This document shows positions 47,891 to 59,200 of a stretch of 64,000 nucleotides of DNA, in pieces; the stretch's first letter is position 1, and each line of letters opens with the position of its first letter. The stretch lies in the IMG/VR virus record IMGVR_UViG_3300023700_000001; one strand, 5' to 3'. A model generated the notes under the pieces. That model was not told the DNA's origin. It was given only the letters and a program-made list of their open reading frames with translations, and searched no databases. The translations under genes were made by a program, and so were the position numbers. The DNA comes from a virus.

Positions 47891-50112
47891 TGATTACTAA
47901 ACCAAAGCTATCATCTCTGGTAGCGTCTCAGTTACCAGAGTTTGTTCGAGATGATTACGGTACGTTTGTTGCATTCTTACAAGCGTATTATGATTATCTT
48001 GAAACAACACAACAAGACTTAGGTAATCTTAGAGATCTGGATAAAACACTAGACTCTTTCATTCGCTACTTCAAAGATGAACTAGCATCAAAGTTACCTT
48101 ACACTACGGTAGAACCTCGATTCTTGATGGAACATATCAAGGAACATTATGGAGCGAAAGGTTCTGAGGCTTCTTACAAGTTATTGTTCAGAATTTTATT
48201 CAATAAAGACGTTTCTGTAGAGTATCCAGCCAAGCAGATGCTTCGTGCTTCTGATGGTAAATGGAACCAAGACGTTTCAGTATTCATCAAGATTCTTACT
48301 GGCCATCCAAACGATCCAATCGGTAAGTTAGTTGACGTTGTTACACCAAACAAGATTATTCGTGTTCTAGTTGATCGTCGCCAATATGTTGAAGTTGAAG
48401 TAGACCGTGTTGTTAAAATTGCAGACAACGTTTATGAATATTACATCGATCGTCGTTTCTTCGGTAACATCTCTGTTGGCGATAGACTGCGATATCGCGA
48501 TGACGTTGCGGGCATCTACTTTACTGGTGAGATTCTAGCCACGACTTCTACATTAGAGATCCAAAAACCTGGAACTGGTTTCAAGATTGGCGACTTATAC
48601 AATATTAGAAACTTCGATGGATACGGATCCATTATGAAGGTTGCTCGTGTAGATTCCAATGGTGGTATCGCACAGGCTCAGTTTATTAAGTATGGTGTTG
48701 GTTACACAACTGACTTCACTACAACAATTTCTGCTAAATCGGGACAAGACGTTTCTGGCACAGCGGGTACAATTATACAACGTGTTGACACAGTAGTTGG
48801 CAGTAACGTTGTAACTCAACTCACAATCTCTGAAAAGTTAGATGGTTTCGCCGAGAGTGGTACGATTAACACTTCTGATTATAACATTGATGAATCTGGA
48901 ATCCCAGCATTTGACGGAACATACGTTGGTCTAGTATTACGAGAGTTTGGTATCTCTAGTGTTGACTCTACAACAACAGGTAACGATCCTGCTATTCTTA
49001 AATGTACTCTTGGACCATTGGCAAAATATCCAGGCTACTACGTTAACAATGATGGCTTCTTGGACGATGCAATCTTTATTCAAGACAGTCGCTACTACCA
49101 AGCCTTCTCTTATGTTATTAAGATCGATGAGGCATTGAACTCATATAAGACAGTCGTTAAGAACTTGATCCACCCTTCAGGTATGGCTATCTTCGGCGAG
49201 TATGATATTCGTAATGAATTTGATATTAGTGAAACATTAGAATCTTTGGTTAAGATTTTAGCAGTTACAGTTCAAGATGAAGTAACAACAACTACTATCG
49301 GAGAAGAGCTAGATCTAGGTAGAACAATGCCATATCTAGATTTTAGCAAGTATTTCGATGATCAGACATCAAATTACGATGACTTCGTAGAAGGTCACTA
49401 TGTAACTATGGTTGAAACTGGATTAGCTTTAGACAGCACCAGAACAATGCCATACTTAACACTGTCTAAACCTATCGATGGAACTAATCTAAATTACAAT
49501 GGTGATGTTGAGTCACAGTCTATTTCTCTGGCAGACGGTGGAGATGTAGAAGACTCTACAAGAACAATGCCATATTTTGCAGTTTCTAAGTCTCTGACAT
49601 TAAACCACTATATCAACGATGGCACTACACAAGACGCAGAGTCTGTGTATATGATAGATACAACTGGCACTGATTCTACAAGAACGATGCCGTATCTAAC
49701 ATTGTTTAAAGCACTAGATAATCACCTTAACTATGACCTAGTTTATGATGATGAAACAGTGTTAATGGCTGAAAACGCTATATTATACGTATTAGGCACT
49801 AGAACTGGCGCAGACATTATCGATGTAACTAAGTCTTTAGTTGCTGGTCACTATATTAATGATGGTGTTACAGCAGATTCTGAGCAAGTAGTTATGTCTG
49901 ATACAGATGCTACTAGCTCGACCGACCTAAATAGAACGACACCAGCATTTGTTTACACAACTACTATCGACCCATCATACTATGGTGGAGATGATAATGC
50001 TGCGCCTACTGATTCTGGAGGCGTTATCGACATTAACCCTTATGGAGAAGCTGGCTTCTTCTTAAATGATGGTGGATTATATGTTGGCAATCCGATCGTA
50101 TTCACAGGCTAA
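47890..50112 (+). CDS. baseplate/structural protein with C-terminal 40-aa tandem repeats
   Basis: 740 aa at the position of T4 gp7. Has (D)STRTMPY(L/F)xxSK repeats. Confidence 0.5.
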   Translation: MITKPKLSSLVASQLPEFVRDDYGTFVAFLQAYYDYLETTQQDLGNLRDLDKTLDSFIRYFKDELASKLPYTTVEPRFLMEHIKEHYGAKGSEASYKLLFRILFNKDVSVEYPAKQMLRASDGKWNQDVSVFIKILTGHPNDPIGKLVDVVTPNKIIRVLVDRRQYVEVEVDRVVKIADNVYEYYIDRRFFGNISVGDRLRYRDDVAGIYFTGEILATTSTLEIQKPGTGFKIGDLYNIRNFDGYGSIMKVARVDSNGGIAQAQFIKYGVGYTTDFTTTISAKSGQDVSGTAGTIIQRVDTVVGSNVVTQLTISEKLDGFAESGTINTSDYNIDESGIPAFDGTYVGLVLREFGISSVDSTTTGNDPAILKCTLGPLAKYPGYYVNNDGFLDDAIFIQDSRYYQAFSYVIKIDEALNSYKTVVKNLIHPSGMAIFGEYDIRNEFDISETLESLVKILAVTVQDEVTTTTIGEELDLGRTMPYLDFSKYFDDQTSNYDDFVEGHYVTMVETGLALDSTRTMPYLTLSKPIDGTNLNYNGDVESQSISLADGGDVEDSTRTMPYFAVSKSLTLNHYINDGTTQDAESVYMIDTTGTDSTRTMPYLTLFKALDNHLNYDLVYDDETVLMAENAILYVLGTRTGADIIDVTKSLVAGHYINDGVTADSEQVVMSDTDATSSTDLNRTTPAFVYTTTIDPSYYGGDDNAAPTDSGGVIDINPYGEAGFFLNDGGLYVGNPIVFTG
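49309..49990 (+). repeat. in-frame tandem repeat, period about 120 nt, about 6 copies
   Basis: AGAACAATGCCATA recurs at 49321, 49441, 49561 and 49681 (exactly 120-nt spacing). Degenerate copies at 49801 and 49933. Confidence 0.8.
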
Positions 50113-50137
50113 CACAATTACTCAATAGGAGAATTTT

Positions 50138-50590
50138 ATGGAATTTCAACAACAAGAAGAACTTAAAGCTACAGGCGAAGTACAGATTCAACTTCTGGAC
50201 GCTTCTGGTAAAGTTAAAGAAACACACAAGGTTAAAAACCTAGTTGTTACAACAGGTAAGACTTATATCGCTGCGCGTATGCAGGGCACTTCTGTGCCAA
50301 CAGTTATGGGTTTCATGGCAATTGGTACAGGTACTGCAACCCCAGCTGTAGCAAACACTACACTAGGCGTTGAAGCTGGTCGAGTAGCATTGGCTTCTTT
50401 CTCATCTTCTGCTAACCAAGTTACTGCTACTGCTACTTTCCCAGCAGGTACTGGTACTGGTGCTATCACTGAAGCAGGTATTTTCAATGCTAATACTGGC
50501 GGTACAATGCTTTGCCGTACAACTTTCCCAGTTGTTAACAAGGCTGCTGGCGACTCTATCGCTATCACTTGGGTTGTTACAGTAAGCTAA
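50138..50590 (+). CDS. small structural protein (Thr/Ala/Gly-rich)
   Basis: ORF track. AGGAG upstream. Embedded in the structural module. Confidence 0.55.
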   Translation: MEFQQQEELKATGEVQIQLLDASGKVKETHKVKNLVVTTGKTYIAARMQGTSVPTVMGFMAIGTGTATPAVANTTLGVEAGRVALASFSSSANQVTATATFPAGTGTGAITEAGIFNANTGGTMLCRTTFPVVNKAAGDSIAITWVVTVS

Positions 50591-50606
50591 TTTTTAGGTA
50601 AATTCA

Positions 50607-53189
50607 ATGAGCTCATCTTCTTTACTGAAGTCTCCTCTACATAACTCTATTGCAGAGGCGTTGTACGATGAGATCCAGAACCGAAATGCACGTTACTACT
50701 ATTTCTTAGGAAAGACTGTTAGTTGGGTGGACGACACAACTCCTCCATACCCAATTGACAGTTTCGATTATGAGTTACAAACACGTAACGAAATGATCAC
50801 TCTAAAAGAAATCAAGAGCACAGACGTATCATTCGTTATCCCACGTGTAGACTGGGTAGCTAATCAGGTTTGGGATATGTACGATGATCAGTACAGCGAT
50901 GAAGTTCAAGGTATCAACCTAATCTCAGGTGGTTATGGATATTCAGATCCACCTTCTATCACAATCACTGGTGGTGGCGGTTCTGGCGCAGTTGCTGTGC
51001 CATATATCGTGGATGGTGTTATCGTTTCTATCGAAATGGTTTCTAAGGGACGAGGATATACTTCTGTTCCAACAGTTACTATTTCTGGTGGAGGTGGTGA
51101 TGGAGCAGCTGCAGAAGCTAAAGTTACCATTGCTTACTCTGGCGCGCAGCGTTTAGAAGACATTAACTCTGTTGTTATAACAGACGAGTACAACGTTTAC
51201 AAATGTCTTGATAATAATAACAATGCAATTTCTACATACAAACCAATCGGTACTGTTGTAGATCCAGTTACAATGCCAGACGGATATATGTGGAAATACA
51301 TGTATAGTATTCCAATCGCTCTGCGCAACAAATTCTTGACTGATGCATATATGCCAGTCGTTAACTCTATCCGTTCACAGTTTTACTCTAACGGAGAGAT
51401 CTTAAACGTTATTCTAGAAAATAACGGTAAGAATTATACATTTGCCTCAATCTCTGTTGCAGGCGACGGATATCGTGAGTCTGATCCGCTACTGTTACAG
51501 AACGTTAATATTTCTGCAGGTGGCACTGGATACAATTCTGGTGCAACTATTCAGATCGATCCTCCTTTCTCTGGTGCCAATACTTGGGTTGCCAACATCG
51601 GTATCTTATTGGGTCAACGTGTAGAATATAATAACAACATCTATGAAGCTACAGTTACAGGCGTAACTGCTACACCAGCACCAACACATAAGTCTGGTAT
51701 CGTATCTAATGGTACAGCTTCTCTAAAATATATCGGTACACGCGCAACTGGATCTGTTGCAGTTTCTGGTGGTGTTGTTACTGGAGTAGTTTTAAATGGT
51801 AGTATCTTAGAAGTTGATATTACATCTGCAGGTTCTGGTTATACATCTGCTCCATCAGTATCATTAGTCGGTGGTGGCGGTTCTGGTTTTGTTGGTTCTG
51901 CTGTTATGAGTGGAACTGGCGTATCTAAAGTCTACGTTTCAGACTCTGGTGACTCTTATACTTCTATTCCTACTGCAGTTTTTGGAAGACAGTGGGCTGC
52001 TTCTACTGCATATACAGTAGGAACTCAGATTTTCTATTCTAACCGTTTGTATACAGTAACAACTGCGGGTACTTCTAGCAGTGTTGCCCCTACTCATACA
52101 TCTGGCGCAGCAGCTAACGGTACTGCGATACTTACGTACGTTGGATCTCCAGCCACAGGCACTGTTGTGCTAAAATATGGATCTGGTTATTCTACATTAC
52201 CAAATATTCAAATTCAACCAGTTTCTGGTGGTGCTGGCGCGACAGGTTACTTTGTTGGCGTTAAGTCAGAAGCTAAACTTGTTCCTATCCTTTCGAATGG
52301 TCAAATTATCGGCGTCCAGATTGATAATGGCGGCGTTGGATATACATACGCGAACTTGACTGTTGCTGGTGACGGTACTGAGGCTAAAATTACAGCAGAC
52401 TTGAGTCCAGGTGATATCAATACGCTACAAGCCAATACTGAGCTACTTACACCAGATGGTCGTATTATGGCATGGCCAGTTATCTCTGGCGGTTATGGTT
52501 ACGGATCTAATTTCCCGATCACTATTGATGGTGACGGTACTGGTGCTGCTGCAACTGCTATTGTTGAGGGTGGTGCAATCAAGAAGATTCAAGTAGACAG
52601 CTATGGTCTAGGTTATCACTGGGCTACTGCATCTTTTGATCAGGGTTCTGGATTCGGCGCTAAGGTTCGTCCAGTTCGTGCTCCATTTGGTGGTCACGGT
52701 AAAGATCCAATATCAGGTGTATTTGCTAGAACTCTTATGTTCTATACTAACATCTCTAAGGATACCAACCAAGGATTTAACGTCAATAACGATTTCCGTC
52801 AACTAGGCATCATTAAGAATCCACGTCAGTTTGCTTCTTATGGTAACTTAAAGAGTGCATTGGCATCTGCTTGTTACGTTGTTACTGGATCTATCGATAC
52901 TTCTAAATTCAAGCCAGATATGGAATTGACACTAGGTTCATCTACTGGTCGCAAATTCCGTATTGTTTCTGCTACTACAACTGCTGTGCTTTTACAGTCA
53001 CTAGAAAATGCAGTACCTACTGTTGGTGCTACATTCTTAAACCCTAGTTCAGAAGGGTTCACTGCCTCTGGGGTTACTGCTCCAACTGCAGATAAATATT
53101 CTGGTCATATTCTGTTTATCGATAATAAACAGGCGTTCACACCGACCGCTGACCAAACAGTTACGCTAAGAACTGTTATCAAATTCTAA
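50607..53189 (+). CDS. structural protein with multiple GxGY(T/S)xxP repeats
   Basis: 860 aa with at least 8 repeats of the type G-x-G-Y-T-S-x-P-x-V-x-I-x-G-G-G-G-x-G-A. Confidence 0.6.
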   Translation: MSSSSLLKSPLHNSIAEALYDEIQNRNARYYYFLGKTVSWVDDTTPPYPIDSFDYELQTRNEMITLKEIKSTDVSFVIPRVDWVANQVWDMYDDQYSDEVQGINLISGGYGYSDPPSITITGGGGSGAVAVPYIVDGVIVSIEMVSKGRGYTSVPTVTISGGGGDGAAAEAKVTIAYSGAQRLEDINSVVITDEYNVYKCLDNNNNAISTYKPIGTVVDPVTMPDGYMWKYMYSIPIALRNKFLTDAYMPVVNSIRSQFYSNGEILNVILENNGKNYTFASISVAGDGYRESDPLLLQNVNISAGGTGYNSGATIQIDPPFSGANTWVANIGILLGQRVEYNNNIYEATVTGVTATPAPTHKSGIVSNGTASLKYIGTRATGSVAVSGGVVTGVVLNGSILEVDITSAGSGYTSAPSVSLVGGGGSGFVGSAVMSGTGVSKVYVSDSGDSYTSIPTAVFGRQWAASTAYTVGTQIFYSNRLYTVTTAGTSSSVAPTHTSGAAANGTAILTYVGSPATGTVVLKYGSGYSTLPNIQIQPVSGGAGATGYFVGVKSEAKLVPILSNGQIIGVQIDNGGVGYTYANLTVAGDGTEAKITADLSPGDINTLQANTELLTPDGRIMAWPVISGGYGYGSNFPITIDGDGTGAAATAIVEGGAIKKIQVDSYGLGYHWATASFDQGSGFGAKVRPVRAPFGGHGKDPISGVFARTLMFYTNISKDTNQGFNVNNDFRQLGIIKNPRQFASYGNLKSALASACYVVTGSIDTSKFKPDMELTLGSSTGRKFRIVSATTTAVLLQSLENAVPTVGATFLNPSSEGFTASGVTAPTADKYSGHILFIDNKQAFTPTADQTVTLRTVIKF
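50935..52625 (+). repeat. dispersed in-frame GxGY repeat domain array
   Basis: GGYGYSDPPSITITGGGGSGA, KGRGYTSVPTVTISGGGGDGA, AGGTGYNSGATIQ, SAGSGYTSAPSVSLVGGGGSG, YGSGYSTLPNIQ, NGGVGYTYANLTVAGDG, SGGYGYGSNFPITIDGDGTGA. Confidence 0.75.
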
Positions 53190-53195
53190 TAAATA
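53188..53195 (+). promoter_or_regulatory. candidate T4-type late promoter
   Basis: AATAAATA 28 nt before the ATG of the 2078-aa gene. Same geometry as at 39088. Confidence 0.3.
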
Positions 53196-53223
53196 AAGAA
53201 TAACATTAAAGAAGAGTATAAGA

Positions 53224-56200
53224 ATGATTGATTTCAATACCGAACCGTATAATGATGACTACGACGAGAACAAGAAGTTCTATCGTATCTTGTATCGTCC
53301 GTCGTTTGCTGTTCAGGCTCGTGAACTTACTCAGATGCAGACCATTCTGCAGAATCAGATTTCTCGACATGGTGATGCCATCTTCAAGCAAGGTGCAATG
53401 GTTATCCCTGGACAGGCAAGCGTAGAGACACTGACACAACCGAACAAAGGTTCTGATTATGTTAAACTGCAACCAATCTATAATGGCGTTGCAGTTCAAA
53501 CATTTCTGACTGCTCTGCAAGGTAAAACTATTGTTGGTTCTTCTGGCGTAACAGCACAAGTCTTTAAGATTCAAGATGCTGAAGGTACAGATCCAACTAC
53601 ACTGTATGTTCGTTACACTACAACTGGTTCTAACAACACTACTAAAACTTTCTCTGATTCAGAAGTTATCACTACTGAAGATGGCGCGTACTCATTCCAA
53701 GCAGCTTCTTCTGCTTCTGTAGGTAAAGGTTCTTTAGCTACTATCGCTCGTGGTGTTTACTACATCAACAAACATTTCTGTTTAGTCGAAGAACAGTCTA
53801 TCGTTCTAGAGAAATACTCTAACACACCAACATATCGTGTTGGTTTAGTTGTCACTGAGTCACTGGTAACTCCAGAATCAGACGAGACACTATTGGATAA
53901 CGCACAGAACAGCTACAACTATGCTGCTCCAGGTGCTCATCGTTACTATATGGATCTAACATTGACAAAGTTGTCAGTGGATTCTGTAACTGATACTAAC
54001 TTCATCGAATTGATTCGTGTTGTTGACGGTAACATTAAAACTATCGTAGAAAAAACAGATTACTCTCTATTGGGTGAGGAGCTTGCTCGTCGTACAATGG
54101 ATGAGTCTGGTGATTACACTGTACGCGAGTTTGCATTAGATGTTCGTGAACACCGTAACAACGATCGTGGTGCTTGGCTACAAAACACATCATACTTGTA
54201 TGGTGATATTGTAACCAATGGTGGCTATACTTACGTTGCTAAGAACTCTGGCACATCTGTTACTACTGCTCCAACTCACACTTCTAATACAGCATATGAC
54301 GGTCCAGGTTCTACTGGTATTAAATGGGAGTTCACAACAACTCCAGTCTATAATCGTGGTATCTACAAAACAGGTGATGCTGGTAAACTAGCCATCGGTT
54401 TAGAGCCAGGAAAAGCATATGTCAATGGTTGGGAAATCCAGAAAGATTCTACAACTTATCTAGAAGTCAACAAAGCACGTGACTACGCTCAGGCTTTGGG
54501 TAGCATCATCCAACCAGCGGTTGGTAACTATGTACTTGTTACGAACGTAAACAACCTACCTCCAGTTGATACTCTAGCCACAATTTCTTTACGTCAGAAC
54601 ATTACAGGCACTTCTGTTGGTACAGCACAAGGTTCTGAAATCGGTACTGCCCGTGTTCGCATTATGGAATGGGATTCTGGCGCAACATACGGTTCTACTG
54701 CTGTCTACAAACTTAGTTTGTTTGACGTTCAAATGAATAGTGGTTATAGCTTTAACCGTGATGTTAAGTCATTCTACTATGCTGGAGCGAGTGCGTACTT
54801 GAGCTTCAGTGCTGATATTAACCCAATCTGGTATCAACTACCAAACTCTTCTGTAACTGCTTCTTCTACAACTGTAACAGGTGTGGGTACTGCATTCTTG
54901 ACAGACTTGAAGGTTAATGACTTAATTCTCATCGGTGATAGCAACTACCGTCGCGTTACGGCAATTGCTGATAACGGTTCATTGACTATTGATTCTGTTT
55001 TGTCTATTGCAACAGGCGTTTCAATTAAGAGAGCCACTACTCAAATTCTCGAAGCTAACAATACTAGCTTGGTATTCCCATTAGCGAACTATGCTGTTCG
55101 CGCAATGCGTGGTGCTGGTAACTCTGGTGTTAACAACACAACTTATACTTGCTACCAAAAATTCACACAGACTGCTTCTGGTACAACTTTGTCTCTAAGC
55201 ACTTCTGGAACTTTTGCTTCTGCGTCTGGAAATACTAACTACATCGTAGTTGATAATAACAACGGCACTTACGGTGGTACTGTTATTAACCCAGTGTCTA
55301 TTGTTCCTACTGGTTCTACTTGCGTTATTACATTACCTGCAAACCAATCTGGTCACTCTATGACTGTTATTGCAGCTGTTACACGTAACGGTTCTGGCTA
55401 TGAAAAGACTAAGACTCTAACATCAGCTACTGAAACATTTACTACTGCTGCTTTAGCTCAACAGTCTACTGTTTATCTTGACAAGGCAGACGTATCTCGT
55501 ATCATCTCTATCAAGATGGCACCAGCTGTTGCATTCGGTTCTACTCCTACTTCTGCTCAATATACATTGGATATCTCTGATCGTTATGAGTTTGATAATG
55601 GACAGCGCAGCACCCACTATGACTGGGGTCGTTTGAACTTGAAGCCATCTTTTGCTGCTCCTTCAAACCCTATCCAAGTTGTGTACGAATACTTCACTCA
55701 CGGTGTTGGTGATTACTTTGACGTAAACTCTTATAGCAGCATCGACTACAGTGAGATTCCACAGCTACTTCGTGACTCTATCGACTACCGCCCTCGTGTA
55801 GCGGATAAGAGCGCAGGTTCTGCTAAAAACTTCGTTAGCACTAATGCTTCTGTTACTGGTCTACCAAAGCGCGGTGAAAACATTAGCTCAGATTACAGCT
55901 ATTACCTAGCACGTAAAGATAAGATCGCTATCGATAAAAACGGTAAGTTCTTTGACATCGTTGGTGTTCCATCCATTAATCCAGGCGACCCTGCAGACCC
56001 ATCTTTGGGTATGGTATTGTATAATATCGAACTACAACCATATACATTCGGTGCTTCTACAGACAACGTTAAAGTTAACAAGATTGAGAACAAGCGTTAC
56101 ACAATGCGTGACATTGGTAAACTAGAATCTCGTATCAATAACTTAGAGTACTACACTTCTCTTTCTCTATTAGAACAAGAGACTCAGTCTTTGAAGATTA

Positions 56201-59200
56201 CTGATTCTACTGGTATGGATAGAATGAAGAACGGCTTCATTGTAGACAACTTTACTGGTAACAATATCGGTGACGGTTCTTCTAAAGATTACTTCTGCTC
56301 TATCGATATGGAGAATGGACAACTACGCCCATTCTATACTTCTCATAACGTAAACCTCCTAGAGAAGAATTCTAACTCATCTCAACGTAGTGCAGCTAAC
56401 TACCAATTGAACGGTGATATTATTACATTGCCTATCATCGATACACCAGTATTGGTTAAGCAAGAATACGCGTCTCGTTTGGAAAACATTAACCCGTTTG
56501 CCATCTACACATTCTTGGGTAATGTAAATATTAACCCACCTTCTGATGACTGGTTCGAGACAACTCGCTTACCAGATATCGTTCAGCAAGTAGAAGGTAA
56601 CTACAATACTATCAAGCAACTAGCCGAAAAGTCTGGTATTCTTGGTACAGTTTGGGGATCTTGGAACACTGAATGGATTGGTACACCAGTTTCTAAGGGT
56701 GCTGAGACATTAACTAACAACAATGCTTCTAGAGACAAACTTAACTCTATTGCTGGTAACTGGTCTTCTAACGGTGGTTATAACCTTAGAAGCGTTAAGG
56801 TTGAAAACTTCGCTACACCAATTGGTCAATCTCGTACTGGTGTTAAGACTAGCGTTGCTGTTAAGACAGACTATGAGACTGTAGCTGACCGAGTGGTTTC
56901 TTCTGCAGTTATTCCATACATCCGTTCTAGAAACATCTTGATTCAGACTAAGAGCCTGAAGCCTTCTACACGTTTCTATGCTTACTTCGATGACATCGAT
57001 GTTAATGCCTATGTTACTCCATCTACTAAGATGGTTTACACTGCAAACTCTGGCACATTCGATATCACTACAAACGTAGGTGGTTCTGCTTCTGAAACTA
57101 AGCGCCGTATCGGTGGTGATTCTCAGATCTGTTTGAACCGTGGTGATGTTATCACAAACAGCGCTGGAACAGCTTCTGCCGTAGTTGTTGGTAAGTATGT
57201 CGACCCAGTAACTGGTGTTCTATCATTAGACCTACAGAACGTTATCGGTACATTCTCTGCAACTCAGACATTTACTGGTTCTGTTTCTGGTGCTTCTGGT
57301 ACAGTAGTTTCTATCTCTACTCCAACAACACTGACTACAAACGCTAGCGGTGAATTGTCGTTCATCTTCAACATCCCAGAAACAGACGCGATTCGTTTCC
57401 GTACTGGTGCTCGTGAGTTAAAACTTATCGACACATCTACATCTACAGGACAATGGTCTTCTCGTGGACGTGGTATCTATCGTGCTGAAGGTATCTTGGA
57501 TACTAAACAAGCTAACGTCAACGCTGTTCGTAATGCGGAGATCGTTAAAGAGATGGTTGGTCCAAATGATGATCCAGCTGCTCGTCAAACAATTTACCAG
57601 ACTAGCCAGAAAGTTCTTTCTGACACTGGTTGGTATGACCCTCTAGCGCAGTCATTCTTGGTTCAACAAAAAGGTGGCGCGTTCTTGACTGGCATCGACG
57701 TGTTCTTTGCAACTAAAGACGCAGCAATCCCAGTTAGCCTAGAAATCCGTGAGATGGTTAATGGTACACCTGGAAAGAACGTGCTAGCATTTAGCCATAC
57801 TGTTCTAAACCCAAGTCAAGTTAATCTGTCTTCTACTCTAGTGACTTTGGATGGTACAGACTACCCAACATACGATACTCCTACTCGTTTCACTTTCACA
57901 ACACCTGTGTATGTAGAAAACAACGTAGAGTACTGTTTCGTTCTTCAGTCTGATTCAAACAACTACAAAGTATGGATCTCTAACATGGGCGATACAATTC
58001 CAGGAACTTCTGGAAGAACTATCTCTTCACAGCCATATGCTGGTGTATTGTTCAAGTCTCAGAACGCATCTACTTGGACTCCAGATCAGAACCAAGATAT
58101 GAAGTTTACAATCTACCGCGCTCAGTTTGATACTAGCGTTGTCGGTAGCGTAGACTTCGTTAACGACGTAATCCCAAAGGATACTTTAGACACAGATCCA
58201 GTCCAGACAGTTTCTGGAACTAATACAGTTCGCGTATGGCACTATGACCATGGTATGTATGTTGGTTCTAGAGTAACTATCTCTGGTATTACTGCTGATG
58301 TTAACGGTATTCCTGCTTCTGAACTTAACGGTGACCATGTTATCGTTACTGCAGACTCTGACTGCTATACTTTCTCTGCTACGACTAATGCTACATCTAG
58401 CGGTTATAGTGGTGGTACTGCAGTTAAGGCTACAAGAAACATCACATATGATTTGATTAACCCTTCTCTGCAGATGCAAACTTTCTCTGATACTAAGTGT
58501 AGCTTTAACATTAAGACTACATCTGGAAAATCAGTTGATGGTGGTCAAACTCCTTATATTGCTGATACTACTGTATCTCCTTGCTTAGTTAAGGAAGATA
58601 CTTACTTCTATACTCCACGTGTTATCGCTTCTGAGATTAACGAAGTCAACTCTGCTCTTGGTGGCGCTAAGTCAGTCACATTTACTGCTCTTATCTCTAC
58701 AACTAACGATGCAGTTTCTCCAGTGATTGATACTGCTCGCGCGAGTTTAGTTGCTATCTCTAACTCTATCAATTCTCCTACTGAGGCTAATACCAACGTA
58801 GCTGCTTTGGACACTAAGACAATCTTCACTGGTTCTACTGGTGCTTATGCGTTCACTGCTACTGGCTTTACATCTACAAACTCTACAGTTCGTGGTTTGA
58901 TGGCAAGTATCGGTATCGGACGCTATGTAACTCTTGCTGGTTCTTCTAACTCTGGTAACAATGGTACATACCTAGTTACTAACTTTAGTGATAACGGTAC
59001 TACTGCAACTATCACTCTTGGTGGTTTCACTGGTACAGTTGAATCTGTTACTACTTCTGGTGTTAGCGTTGCTCTACGCGAATTGTTCTTTGACGAGATC
59101 GCTCCATCTGGTAGCTCAACTACAAGCAAGTATGTAACTACTCCAGTTAAGTTTAACTTTAGCTCTACATATATGAGAATCAAGTTCGCTGCTAATATCC

